From: Lama glama
Lineage: Eukaryota
NCBI GenBank assembly: GCA_028534125.1
Contig: CM052832.1
Span: 14,572,001 to 14,636,000 of the forward strand
Direction of reading: 5' to 3'
DNA: 64,000 bases
Numbering within the stretch: position 1 is the first letter of the stretch; every line of letters begins with the position of its first letter. The notes beneath the pieces were generated by a model, which was given only the letters and a program-made list of their open reading frames with translations, ran no database searches and was not told where the DNA came from. The position numbers and the translations under genes are program-made. Positions 14,301 to 29,500 of the stretch are shown here, piece after piece.

Positions 14301-17300
14301 GGTAGGAGGATAAACCCTTTATGATTCTTCCAAAGTCTGTCACAGGAAGCAGAGTGGTTTTCACACATATTCTAGGCATACTCACACCTAATACTTTCTA
14401 CAAGTTCATCTTTTCAGTGAAAGGTTTGTAGTGGGGTATTCAGAGGAAAGTCCCAAGCCCTGACATCAGCAGTCATGCTCAGAAAGAAACAGACCAAAGT
14501 GTCAAATCCACCTGGAAAGGAGGGAAACAGCCCCCTAATTCCACAACCTTGATCACATTTGTTGCCTTCCAAATGAACTGCTTACCCCTTTCCAACCCTA
14601 TTTCCCTGTGTCCTGGGCTGCTTACCTGGTGGATGTCCAAGTCATCCACTCGTATTACCAAGCAGCTAGAACGTAAGCGATTCCATGCTGGAGGCCGAAA
14701 GACAGCCTGTCGACTCTGAGAGGGGCTTCTCTCAAGAGGGTTCTTTTGTGGACTAGAGAGAGAATCTGAATAAAAATAAGAAGTTGAGAAAGAGAATCAG
14801 ATACATTCAAGTCTCATTATTAATAGAATTCGGAAAGGAAAAACCCTAAGATCATTCATGCTATATGCAGGAAAGAGAGCTTAACACTGGCTAGCTCCCG
14901 GATGGAACTCAAAATTGTATTCTCCCCAAGGCCAAGGCAACAGCCTACTGAATAGAGGTGATAACAACCTCTCTTCAATATTGCAGCTATCCCTGGAGAC
15001 AAAGAGGACTCTGTAAAGAAAAAGGTCATGGACGTCTTTCCATGGAATAAAATTGGAATAATTAGCCAGTCCAGTGCTTTATCATCACTGGACATTCAAG
15101 GTAAATGTCAAGAGGCTAAGCAGTGGGAGTCCTCCAGCTACTCATAACCCACCTGCTTTCCTCCGGAAGGGAGAATCTACCCCCAGGTGCCAGGGTGGTT
15201 TCAGACCTGTCTCCTCATGCCACTTTTCCACTTTACTCTGAAATTCCATCACCAGCTTCTCAGCCCACTGGCCTCGGGTCTCCATGGCCTCACAGTGACG
15301 TACCCAATGTTTGCAGCTATCGCCTATGCAATAAAGAAGCAAAAAGACTTTAGTCCAAGATCATGATCCAATGTTACAATTTTTCTTTTCCATTGGTATA
15401 GTTCTCCATAGTTCAGAATCTGATCCTTCATCTGCAATCCAGAATTCTCTGGGATAAGTAAAATTATCTGGTGAGAGCACTCAAGTTCTTCTGAATTCCA
15501 TATGTGATTTTTTCCCTGAGGCTTCCTACAGACCAGCTGCTGACTGCTGCCATCTTTGACTAGGAACTACTAAGGAGGCTGTAAAACTAGCAGAAGTAAG
15601 GAGCAGAGCAGAGAATCAAAAGCAACATCTCAGGCACTGCCTCTCTCCTACCTCTTCTCATCGATGATAAAGAATCATTGATAGTGGACCCTGCAGGTTT
15701 CTAGAAGATATCCTCTTGAAAAGGACTATTCCCAGCACCTCTCTGAGAACACGCTGCAGTCCCTGGCACCCTTCTACTGGGCAGCCAGGGATGAACTCAG
15801 GAATCTGCCCTCAAAATCTAGGTCACGTGAAAACTGCCCCCATTCAGAATTCTCCTACCTGCCCAGTGGAAGGGGTAATAGTCAAATGCCATCTTGCGGA
15901 AGGTAAGTTGCATTGCACCACCCATAAGTCTGTTTGTAGAGACACCTATAAAAGAAGAATAAAGGTGAACAGCAGCAGAAGAAACAAAGAGGCCCAAGCA
16001 CCACTTGAAGCACTTAAAGTCCTCCTGAGGGTCAGCCCCAAGGCCTGGCTGATACACAAGTGCAGCTGAAAGGCCATGATGTCAGGTGATTTGCAAGGCT
16101 CGCTGAGTTGCAACAGTCAATGGATATGCTCTAAAAGATCCAAAGAAAAAAGGTGTATTCCATTGTCTCTGTAAATGGCTGCTAGATTTCCAGAAAGACA
16201 AAAGTAACTGCAAAACTCAGGATTCAGGAATTTCAATCCTTGGTCTCCTACAGACACACTGTACAACCTTGATTCATTTGGTCTCCCCAAACCTAGCAAT
16301 ACTAGTATTGCTGTCCTGCAGCACAACCCCTGGAGAAGCATTAGCCAAACTCCCCAAAAAACATGACCCATATTGTTTCCTTTCATGTGCTGGCTAAAGC
16401 TAAAGCTGTGATGTAAGACAGGATTACATACTGAAAATACAAAGAACCATGGAACACTAAGAACACTGCACTAACAAGGACATTATAAACATACAGAATA
16501 ATGTAGGTAAATTGAAATTTTTTGCAGTGAATGAAATATTCTATTATTTATGTTGAATTTACATTCAGTTCTTCCTAAATGAATGAACTTTCCAAGTTTC
16601 TATCTTATCTTTCCAACTAGACTCTAGAACTGTAAAGATTTCTTCTACACGAGTATTGTCTGAACCACCCTGTTCTGCACTTCCATCGTATCCCTTCCAT
16701 CCTGTTTCCGGGGTGGGGGGAAACATCATGGAATTCTCTAGCTGTAAGCTGGTACGACTATAGCCAGGCGGCCTGTCGTTTCCATCCAATCTAGATTTCA
16801 CCACCCCAAGTTCTGGACTAATCACCATCCTACCAAGCAATACACCTACACCAGTGTTCCTGTTTCTCAACCTTTTTTTCATAATTACCACCTCTTAGGA
16901 GCCTGTTTAGATTTTTTTTTCCTAATTGCCCCTTCTCCATGAAATTGTCATACCCCAGATAAATTGTATATCTTATGTATTATACGTCTGCCTGTGCTTT
17001 ATACATAAAAAGAATACGAATAAAGCTTATTCCTTTTATTCAACGAAAGGTTAAGAAAGACTAAATAATTCTTTTAAGTTAAATGTTAAATTTTAAAATT
17101 AAAGCTATTAATATTTAATTTAACTTTGTAACTATATTTGCTGAGAAACTTTTAATGTAATTTATTTCTTATATAAATTATAATGTATTGAATCACATAT
17201 ACAAATCAGCAATTTATATAAATATATAATAGCAATATAATTAAATTTTAATTACTCAAAATTATTTTCCAGCAAAAGTAAAACAACTGAAAATTTTAAT

Positions 17301-20300
17301 TAATTTCTTAAAATTATTTTTAACTTTTAACTTTTGTTTGATATGAGAAAGTAACTTTTATCTTAACTACCTGCTAGACATTCATTCAGATAGTGTCAAT
17401 ATTTTTTCTTTTCGGCACTTAACTACTGACTTGTTGAATAATTTGCAGCATTAAATAATAAAATAGAAACTATTTTTATTTAATTTTCAAAGCTCAAATC
17501 ACAAAAGTACTGAGGATTAAATATAAACAACACTGACTGGATCGTCTATGGCAGACACTAGGCATGTGCAGACCACATCTCGCCATTTGACTTTGAGATC
17601 AAGCAATTGATTGGAAGTCCTCCAATCAATCACAGCCATCTATTTGCCTTAGTTTATAGCCCTAATCTTCCATATATTTTGTGTACCTTTCATGAACTCA
17701 ATATAAATGCTGCTCATGTGATACCCAAGAAAACTCAGTGAAAGAAATAAAATACTAAGGAATAAAATTTTGTTAGGTAGGGCTAAGTACTGTTATACCT
17801 AAGATTTTTTTTCACCCCCACCCTTCACCAAAGAATATTTTCACTGTCCAGAATAAGCAAGCATCAAGACAGAAAGATCAGTGGTTGCTTAGGGCTGTGA
17901 AATGGGAAGTGGCAGCTAATGGGTACAAAGTTTCTTTTAGGGAATGACAAAAATGTTCTAAAATCAGATTGTAGTGATGATCACACAACCCTATGAAAAT
18001 ACTTAAAAACAATGAGTTGTATATTCTAAATGGGTGAATTGTCTGCTATGTGAATTATATCTCAATAAAGCTGTTTAATAGAAAAGAGTGAAATTTTACC
18101 TACTGTGGGGTGATATCATCCCAGTTGAAAATGCATGCCCTAGGCTACAGGAGGGAGAAGATTTCACAGTCATGCTCCCTCTATTGGATTTATTTGGAAC
18201 TAAAAGAATAAACTACACAGACTGAGCATATTAAAATAAGGTCTAGAACTGAAATCAAATACAATTACTAATTACCAACATATTTAATTATAAACACATA
18301 ATAATATATGAGACATAAATAGTAAACAGTGTATATAAATGACTAATTAAAATTCTCCAGTGACCTGGTGGAAAGAGAACAACATAGCCTTATGAGAGAT
18401 AAAGACAGTTTTGGCTCACAGCCCTTATCCTGAGAGAAACAGTTAAAAAGAGGCAGAAGAAACTCTTTTCCCTATCAATCACCAGGCTCTGCCCCAGAAG
18501 CCTGAAGTATCAGCTGCTCCACTTTGATTTTAAGAGACAGTGTTGCTCCATTTCAAGCCAAACTGTCCCCAACAACCCAACTTCCAAATAATTTCACCTC
18601 CAATAACAAGGGAAAGATGAGCATGTTAGTCAGGGGCCCCAACATCCAGGCTATAGTGTCCCGTAGTGAAAAAGCAGGTAGATGTAGCCTTCAAGGAGTC
18701 TGCACTGTCCAAAAGAACTTTCTGTGATGATGGACATCTTCTATGGTCCACAGACTATAATGAGAACTTGAAATGTGGCTGATGCAAATAAGGAACTGAA
18801 TTTTTTATTCTACTTAATTTTAATTTAAATAGCTACATGTGGCTATTGTCTACCATGTTGGACAGAGAGTTCCAGAGCAACACTATCCAAAAGGAACATG
18901 TGAGCCACATATGTAATTTTAAATTTTCTAGTAATTACATGAAAAAAAATTTTATGTGAAATTAATTTTAATACTAAACATTGTTTAAACACAATATACC
19001 CAAAATATATCATTTCCACATGTAATCAATATGAAAATAATTACCAAGATATTTCACACTCTTTTTTTGTACTATACTTGTGAAGTCCCATGTATATATT
19101 ACACTTACATCCCATCTCAATTTGAATCAGCCAATATTTCAAGTGTCCAATAGTCATATGTGGCTAGTGGCTGCCATATTGGACAGAACAACTCCAGAGA
19201 ATCTTACAGCCCTTTCTATAATACCTAGTTCTCCCTTCCCCATGATTCCCAAATCCAACTGGAAGAGTCAAAGTCACAGGAACTCTTTGTGTTCCTTGCC
19301 CCTTCACAGAGTCATACACTACACCTGGGTATGGCAGGCTGGGAGTTATCCCCTATCTAAAAATGTCTCATCCAAACCTTCCTTAAATTCCACCAAGTAG
19401 ATTAATTTAGCTTATGGGGGCTTCAGAGAAGGCCAGTCATTCACATCTTAGTGTGGATTACAGGACCCTGCCACATGAAGAGAATAGTGCTACAAAGCCC
19501 ACATCAAGCAAGAAGATGAAACTCTTTATAATGTATTCTTAATAAAGATTTCTGAAAGGATTAAAAAAAAACCTCAAATTCTTTATAGAAATACTTGGGA
19601 GAAAAAAAACAAACAAAACAATAATTTGTTTTAGCAGAGAAATTCTAGAATGAGTGGATGGCAAACCAGTGAGCAATTTATTTCTAGTGGTGACAAAAGC
19701 AATCTTTACACTGTCACTGGTCCTTTCAGCTCCTCCATATTGGGAGTAGAGAGGGGCTGAAGTCATTTCAAGACAAGGCGTAGAAAGGCAAGAGAAGCAA
19801 TAGTGTTCAGTGCCTCAGGAAGAAAAAATAGTAGGTTCCCCCAAGGAAAATGAGCCTGGGTCTCATTAAGAGGCAAACATAACCGTCAGAGAGGATAAAG
19901 CAGCAAGAGAACAATATGACAGCATCTAAAACCAAGAGCTGATGGCAAAGGGGAGCAGAGACAGAACAAAGAGAACTGAAGGAACAGGCAGAGGAGAAAT
20001 AATAATACCAAATTATTTGCCTATGATTAAGGTCCTCTAAATTCAGTATTTCATTTGAGCCTGATAACAATCTGAGGTAAACAAGTAAGATATGATTTAA
20101 CTCGAGTTCATAAATGAAGAAACTCAGAGAGATGAAGCAATTCCCCTAAGGCTCATAAGGAAAGAAATGAGTTGATTACTTTTTCATCTTGAATAAATGT
20201 ATATGTAATACCAATTGCTCTAATGAACAAAAAGGTATGAGAAGAACACAGCACAACCTCTCTACATGGGAAGAACACATTCACACATAATAACTATTTA

Positions 20301-23300
20301 AACTCAATCAAAAATCTGAAAATTCTGAGGTTTCCTATGGTTGAATTTACTCTCCTAAAAGCTGACACCAGTGGACAGCACTGACTACAGGACACTGGGA
20401 AGAAAAAATATATATACCCTGCTTGGGCTCTACCCTTGAAGACTCTCATTTAGTGGAGTCTGGGAAGAGTCCCAGCGCCTGTAATTTATTAAGTATCACA
20501 GCTGGTTTTGCTGCACCCTAAGGGCTGAAGAGCACTAACAGAGAGCTGTCACAGGAGCACTGAGGCCCAAGGAAGCCCTGTGATTAAGGGAAGCCAACCA
20601 AAATATGCCACAAGTCTTGAAAAGAGCCTTGCATCCCCAAGCTTTGCTCAAAGCTGAAGGCAGTGATGGACCACCCGGCCCAGGCTCAGGCCTCACGGGG
20701 TACCTGGCTCTCGGGGCTGGCTATCATCACAAATGTGCAGATCCAGGCGGGAGACGAGGAGATGGTAAGAGGACTCTTTCACATCAAATTTCTCAAAGTA
20801 CTGGCTGAGGCGGCTGCTGTTGCTGTTGCTGCTGCCCTGGCTGCCACCAAACGCCTGGGCCCAGGACTGCTGGGCACTGGGAGCGGGCGGTGTGATCTAC
20901 ATGTGACAGAGAGAAAAACAGGAAGTCCAGGCCCAGAGAGCTTCCCTGCTGGCTTTCTTTAAGCTTCAGTTCAGCTTGAAGAAAACCACAATTTGATAAG
21001 ATGTCCTTTCCCTCTAATAATTCTTCACCTGGGTTTTAAGTCTGTTCCACCTAAATAGCCCAAGCTCCAAAAAGCCCAATTATAACTAGTCTAATGACTC
21101 TTGAGTACTTTTCTGAGATTTGAATTGCCTTCTAAGCTCTCACTCCCCAGGACCTAGCTGACTGATGCTAAAACACCTCCTCCAGGAATTCTTCCCTAAA
21201 TGTCTACTTTCAGCCTGATAGTTGGATGCCTCTTCTTTGTGCTCTCATGCCACAGTGTTTATCTCTATTACAGCGCTTATCACACCATACTAACTTGTTT
21301 ATGCTCCATATTTTAAGGCAGTGAGAACTCCAAAGACAGGAACACGAGGCTTTCCAACGACTTGTACTGTATACCTAACACACTAGAGGCACCCAATAAA
21401 CAAAATAAATGAATAAATCAGAGGTACAGGCAAAGCCTATGCACATCCAGAAGTGAATGACAAATTCCCCAAATAAACCTAATAAAGTCTAGACCCTACC
21501 TATGTTGGTATGAATTTGGTCTGGCCTACCATCTCCCCACTCCCACCAAGGGTATCTATTTTGCCTCTAACCTGTACAGGTTCAGGGGCCAGGCTCTTTC
21601 TCTGCTGGGCTGACTTCTCCACGGCTTCACTCAGCGACTCTGCATATTTCATCATAGCCTTGAGCTGCGAGTCAGTTAGCACCCAGAGCAGGTCATCCAA
21701 CAGGAACATCAGCTTGGAGGCTACCACATTGCAATCTTTGGTCTGAAGGGGCCACACAGAACACATGGTTCAACATCTGGTACCATTCCAACTCCTCAAA
21801 CTGACTACTGCCCAATCAGTTTCAGAGATGGCTTTTTAATCCCCAGCACATGAAAGGAAAGTATCAAGCACCTTGGAGAGTCAATTTCTTACAAAGTCTC
21901 TAAAGTTCTCTGTGATTAACAAGAAGCAGCAGTAGTCAACGGCCAGGTGTCTATGTCAGTGTTCCTATATATGTCAGGGTAAAAAGTGTGTTTTCCAAAA
22001 TTAAAATGCCAGGGAGGTAGAAATGTTCTCTCATTGGTGGATACAGTGCAACACTGAACTGTGGGTCCTCCCCTTTCAAATGTCATTCCAGGGGCCAATA
22101 ACATTAAAAAAAGAGGAAACACCAACTCCCAGGCTGTCTAGAAAAATTAAAGATGGAAGTTTTCATGAGGACAGAGAACACACTCACTCTTCTCTTCAGG
22201 GCTATTTGGATCCTGCCTTGGTTGGTAATAAGTCTCAGTGGAGTGGTGACTGGGTCCTGATCACCATTGTCTGTAGCATATGCCTCAATTCGAAGTGTTT
22301 GCCAAGTTATTTCCTTAAATGTTAAAACCTAGAAGGAGAGAAGGTAAAATGCCTTAATTCTGTGGATGAAATTAACCAACAGGCAAGGGGGAAAGACTGG
22401 CAAGGCAGAGACTCCCACCATTCTCAAGAGGGCTCCTACCCACAAAAGGCAGTGGATCAGAGATTCATAACCAAGGAAAGGATGTAACAGTAACACTGGA
22501 CAGAAGGGATTCTTGGGTTCCCAGGAATGGGGAGCATTTGAGGAAATCTCCAAAAGAGGAATGATAACCTTTAAGAATCAGCCTCACTTTGAACCCTCTG
22601 TTTTTCCCTTTTGCAATGCCAGAGTTGTCACCTCTCCTCGGCGGGGGTCAGTGATGCGGGTGAGGCGAAGGTCACTCTGCTGCCAGTTGGGGTTGACACT
22701 ATAGCCCTGGAGCTGCCACAATTCAAAAGAAGCGTGGAAGGCCTTGGAGTGAATCTTGATGGTAATGGAATTGACGATGATGAACATCCCCTCCACCACC
22801 TTCTCGGCAAAGCCATACTCACTATGACACACAAGGTAGACCAATGTTCAGAATCATGTGAGACTTTATGAACACTCTTTATACTAGAAGACATCACACA
22901 AGACTGTTAACAATGCCTGTCTTTGGGTACTAGATCTGTGGATAATTATTTTTTTCTTTATTTCTCTCCTCCCATTTCTACCTTCTTATATTTTGTAAAT
23001 TTCTAAAATATTTTACAATGATGCTGTACTCTTTTTAATGGGATTTTTTTTAAAGGATAGAATAAAAGAAAAGGTTGACCTGGAAACAATCTCCCTTCTG
23101 TTAGAAGGAATAAATTGAATAAATTCACAGTCCACAAACTACACAAATACATATCTGAATATTGTCTGTGAAGGGAGATTTAACTACAGAAAGGAAACAC
23201 TAGGTTTGTATAACATCTTCAGAGGCAGAGCAAAGGCAGTGGAAAGAGAAAAGAAGTACAGCCAGGTGAGCATGACGTTTAATACTGTGAAATCCAGTCA

Positions 23301-23508
23301 AGAACAGCCCCACCTCTACCCTGTCAAATAGATCCCAAAGAGCACAGCTGTACTTCACAGTGAGAGGTCAGAAATGGCAGGGAGAGGAATGAAGGCCATC
23401 TTAAAGTCCTTCTGGATGTGAGAAATATAGACATTCTTGATGTGTAGGTGAAATCAGTTCTCACTGCAAGTAAAAAGGTGGTCTAGGAATTACAAGCTAA
23501 AAAAATAC

Positions 23509-23544
<36 letters not shown>

Positions 23545-26500
23545 ATCTTTGCAATTTATATCACAAAGTGCTAATATCTCTAATGTATAAAGAGTTTCAA
23601 AAAACTGAGAAGAAAAAGACCAAGAGTTCAATAAAAATGGGACAAAGTAGGGACAGTTAACAGAAAAATAAATGCGCATAGATATTAAACATAAAATGAT
23701 GTTCAACCTTATTCATATATATCAAAACTACACTGAGAGACATTTGACTTAGGACAAAAGTGACAGTGCAGTATGGAAAAGATTGGGTTTTTTTGCTTTT
23801 AATATTTATTTGACATGTCAAAACTCCAATTTTCCATATAATAGCTTTGAAGTGAGACTATTAATCTATATGCTGGTTTATTTACTGCAGATTTCTCCCA
23901 TATGGAGATTAGTAAAGATTATATCTAGTTTTGTTTATAGTCTTATTTCATATTATTTTCTTGCAATGAGTAGATGATGAAAAAAACATTAAATTATATA
24001 TGCATATTCAATTTAAGAAACACGACATACAGCACTTTATAAAACTTTTACCACAAAATTTAAAAAAATAAGTTATATCCCATATCAAGAAAAACTGAAA
24101 GAAAATGAAATGTGTCCAGAAGAAGATAATTGTTGAGGTACCTCAAGGGTAAAATTTTTTTGGATGATTCTTTTTAATTGACATACAGTCAGTTTACAAT
24201 ATTGTGTCAATTTCTGATGTACAGCATAATGTTCCAGTCATACATATACATACATATATGTTCCTTTTCATATTCTTTTTCATGATGGGTTACTACAAGA
24301 CACTGAATATATTTCCCTGTACTATACAATAGAAACATTGTTTATCTATTTTATATATAGTAGTTAGTATCTGAAAATCTCAAACTCCCAGTTTATCCCT
24401 TCCCACCCCTTTTCTCCCATGGTAACCATAAGTTTGTTTTCTATGTCTGTGAGTATGAAAAGACTGTCTTTTCAAATGGCGCATGGTCAATTTGAGGATA
24501 TCCATGAAGATAAAAAATAATATTAACCTCTATCTTACATCAAACAAACAAAAAAAAAGTTTCAAGATTGATTGTAAAATGACACAACATTGTAAGTAAA
24601 CTAAACTTCAATTAAAGAAAAAGATTTATTGTAGATCTAAATGTGAAAGGTCAAATAATAAAGCTAGAAGAATAAAGTTAGAAAAAAACATAGAATATCT
24701 TCACACCTTAGGATAGGAAAAGATTCCTTAAACAAAACACAAAAAGTGCTAACCATAAAGGGAAAAATAGATATACAGGACTACACTAGAATAAATAATT
24801 TTGGATTAACAAAAAACCAACATTAAGAGTGAAAGTGAATCCATAGAGTAGAAGATATTTGTAATACATGTATGTAACCAAGGACTTGTTTCCAGAATAT
24901 ATAAAGAACTTCTACAAATTAATGAGAAAAAGACAAATAATCCAAAAGATAAATGGGAAAAATACATCAATGCTTTGTGAAAGAGGATATCCAAAATTCT
25001 AATAAACCAATCATCAAAAAATGTAAATTAAAATCATAATGTGATGGGGGAGGATATAGCTCAGTGGTAGAATGTGTGCCTAGCATGCACAAGGTCCTGG
25101 GTTCAATCTCCAGTACCTCCACCAATTACCTCCCTACCACACACACAAAAATCATAATGTGAGACAAGTATACACCTACTGGGTGGCTAGAGTAAAAAAA
25201 GAGACAATACTAAATGCTAGCAACAGGAACTTTGATGCACTGCTAGTGGAGAAGGTGGTACAAGCACTCCGGAAAACTGTCTAGCAGTATATCCTAAAGT
25301 AGAACATATGCACAGCCTATGACCCTGCTAGATAAACATAAAACAAAAATGTGTACATATGTTCACCAAGAGTTATGTACAAGAATGCTCATAGCAGCAC
25401 TGTTCTTTTTTCTTACATATTTTAATTTACATACAGAAAAGTTCATTCTTTGTGGTGTACATGTCTAGGGTTTTGACAAACGCATAGAGTCAGTTCAGTC
25501 ATGTTAGAGAACAGCTCCACATAACAACAGTATACTTAATAGCCAGAAACTAGAAACAAACCAAATGGGCATCTACAACAGAATGGATAATTGTGGCATA
25601 TAATGGAATAATATACAGTTATGAGGATGAATAAACTATAACTACATGTAGCAATCCAGATGACTTTTACAAACATATTGAGCTAACATAGGTAGAGACA
25701 GAGTATGACATACTATGTGATTACATTTACATAACTTTAAAAATAGGGAAAACAAATGTATGGTGTTAAAAATCAGGATAAAAATTATCCTTAAGGGTAG
25801 GTATGACTAGGAAGAACACAAAAGGCTTATGGGATTCTGGAAGTAGTCTGTATCTTGATGTGTTAACAATGTAAAGAATCACTAAGCTATACATTTATGG
25901 TTTGTACACTTCAATATAACTTACCAAAAAACTACACTGAAATACCATGCAGCATCTATTAGATTAGGCAAAAGTCTTAAAGTCTGACAATATTCTCAAC
26001 TGGCAAGGCTCTGGGAAAACAAGAACTCTTAAAACATTGCTGATAGAGGCACAAAATCATAAAATCCTTAAGGAGAGGAATTTAGCAATGTCTATCAAAA
26101 TTACACATGCATTTGCCCTTTGACCCAGCAGTCACACTTTCAGGAATCTATCCCAAAATACGCTAGCAAAAAAGGGGAAACAAATCAACTGTCCATCAAC
26201 TGATGAATGGATAAATAAAATGTGGTATACCCATACAACAGAATATTATTCAGCCATAAAAGGAATAGAGCACTGATATGTGCTATAACATAGCAAAACA
26301 TGCTAAGTGAAAGACACCAATCAGAAAAGACCACGTAACATATGATTCCACTTCTATGGAATGATTAGAAAATACACAGAAAGTAGATTTAGATGATATT
26401 AAGGAATTCCTACTAATTCTGTTAATTGTGATGATAGTATTGTGGGGCTTTTTTCCTTTCTTCTCAATCCTTTTCTATTAAAGACACATAAACAGAAGTA

Positions 26501-29500
26501 TTTACAGATGGAATCATATGGTATCTGGGATTTGCTTTCAAGTACTATACACATACACAAAGTGGCAGAAGAAAGAAAATGGTTAAATGTTGATAAATGT
26601 AGAAGTCAGATCTTGGGTGCATGGGAGTTTATTATACTATTCTCTCTACTTTGGTGTATGTTTAAAGCTTCCATAATAAAAAGCTTTAATATTTTAACCA
26701 AAAGGTGATCTGGACCAGTTAATATGCTAGAAATAACAGGATCCAAAGCAACTAACCTCTGTCCTGAAGCAAGGGCAATGGGAGACTGTCCATTGGGAGG
26801 CCGAGGTTCCTCACATGTCTTCATCTCCACCTCTACCTTATCCAGACACTGAAATGAAAGCCATGGAGAGCTGAGCATCTGCACAAAAACCCACACAACA
26901 CAGTCTGTGTTATATTCATCTCTGGGGTCCAATACCTAGTTGAGTGCTGTGCCCACAGTGGGCAGACAATAAACGTTTGTCGACTGAATGAATTAACAAA
27001 CTGAAATGCAAAGAGAGGCCTCGTCTACCCTCTTCTATTTCCAACAACAGCAGAACTCCATGACAAGCATGGGATTAGCTCACATCAGAAAATGAAAACA
27101 AAAATCCAAGTTACAGAGATAATACTATTCCTGGGGATTCCAGTGTTTCAGATAAAGATATGTATCAATCAGTTCCTAAAGGGCTTTCAGCTGATAATCA
27201 CCCAACAGCCAACATGAACTAACCTTCTAATTTTCCCTCTGTCAAGAATCCAGAGGAAACATAAAGGTAGAACCTGGGCAGCAAAACTTGTTATAAAAAC
27301 AAAACAAAACAAACAAAACCAACTCAGGATTCCTGGGTCTGTGTCTCAGCGCTCATTGCTCTACTGCACAGTAGTTTCAGAAAAAGCTCAGACAATATTC
27401 ACTGTGTCTCAGAGAGACACTCACAAGTCAGACAAAAGTACCCACACTCCCAAAAAGGATGGCCTATCAGGACTCCTCCCCTCCTTCTCTCAGATCTTTT
27501 AAAACTGTACCCACCTCCATCCCCATTTGATTACTTGCAATCAAGAAAGGCCATTACCAAGCAAATAGGATGTGTCTTCAGCTTTGTCCACTGGATCTGA
27601 AATAGGAAAGCAAAGACTCAGGGCTGTGGGAGCCACCCCACAAAAAGGCAGGCCTGCTGGCCAAAGAGAGCAACAAGACCCTGACCCCCATTCTCACCCG
27701 GATGGAGGCCCTGTTGCAGTAGACCCGAGTGATGGCTAACCAGGTGGGAAGCTCCAGCACATTCTGTAGAACCTCTTCATCTAGCTCCAGGTTGGTCAGC
27801 TGACCCTCCCCTTTCAGGGTGCTCAAATTGATTTTGTCCGGTGAAAGATTCTTAGTGAACCTGAAAAGAGTGGTGATAAGAAGCTATTATATCCATGGAA
27901 ATCTGCAAATGGTTACTACAGCCAATAACACTTCTCAATTTGGAAGAAAGAGCAAGTTAAAGAACAAATGTTGACTAATGACCACACTATCTCTATGTCA
28001 TGTAAGATGTTAGATGAAACATATCATTGTCATGAATGTGTCGCCTTTCTACTCTAGAACCTATGAAGGGGATTCTGGAGAAATGGCTACAGCAGTGGTA
28101 ACATAGCTTTTGGTATTTCTGAATCCTCACATAAAGACAGAGCAACTAGATAACAACTGAAAAACTCACGGATAACATTTAACACAAAACCAGAAGATAA
28201 AGCACCCTCATAAACCCCCTTATACAAGCAGCAGAGGAAAAAGCATCAACATCCACAAGACAAGCAGCTGTGCAGATCAGGAGAGGAAAACAATAGGGCA
28301 TCTGTCGGACCAGAGAACAGAACAACCCCAAGATAACCAAGTACTAAATGAAAAGCGATGCGGGCCAATCTGAGAATAGCAACTGAAACTGAAGGGGCCT
28401 TGTCCCAAAGGAGCTGAAGCAGTCTAACCCTATAAACTCATGAAACTAACCAAGGCTCCTTCCTAGGACAGGGTCCCCACATCGAGAAGAAACTGCTAGG
28501 CGAGGAATCCAAACTGAGTAAGACAGAAATGAAGAAAAGATATGGTCCAAATAAAAGTGAGACAGGGTGGAGAGGGCAACAGACCAGGACACCTCACAAA
28601 GCAAGTTGTTATATTTTTTTTAACACTACTTGAAACAGAAGAGGAAGCTCTATGAAGTTAGAACATAAAACAGTAACAGGCTAATTATCAGCTTGTTAAG
28701 TAGGATAAAGTGAAACTCCAGACCCTTACACATACCTTTACTGATGTGATAAAAGAACATACAACCACCCATAGCCTTGCCAAAGGGACTGAACCTGAAT
28801 CTCATCATGCTACTGAGTCTAGCTGCTAACCTGCAGGAAACACAGAAGACTGAAGAAAACTGCTGAATTGCACCATAAGTAAGCAATCAGCAAAATCCAG
28901 ACCACAGGAAACTACAGATCAAGTGGCTTGGACAAAAACAATTCACACAGGCAGTCTTCTCACTATTCCACATGCACTGTCCCCAGTCTCTGCTCATGTG
29001 CTCTCGTCACCCACTCCTTTCCCTAGAACGTCCCTTTCATGAGTTGCCATTCAAGGCCCAGCTCATGACTTCTTATCCAGGCTTTCTTTCCCCAGCTGCT
29101 GCAACTCATATTAAACTCTTTCCTTCTATATCCCTGGAATCTGTAACACACATTTAGGTCATGATCACAGAGGACCTTAGGATGTTCTTTAATTCTCACA
29201 TATGTAACCATCCCTATGCAATTAGATGTTAAGCCAGCTTTAGGTGAGGGCTTAGTCTTAGCCAACCTTCCTAATCAAAACGGTTACCTGACAGAATGCT
29301 GGGCCTACATACCTCTTAGCTGCCTACCCTACTGACTGACTACTGCCAGCCCCCTTCTCTCATCTTTCTGGCTGGATCAATTTAATAAGGCCAGTTCCTT
29401 ATTGCCTTACCCTCTCTCCTATATGACAAATTGTCTAGATGAATCTCATCCCTGTAATTTCCCACTGTTGCCTCTAACCGTCACTATTTTCTATCCCAAG

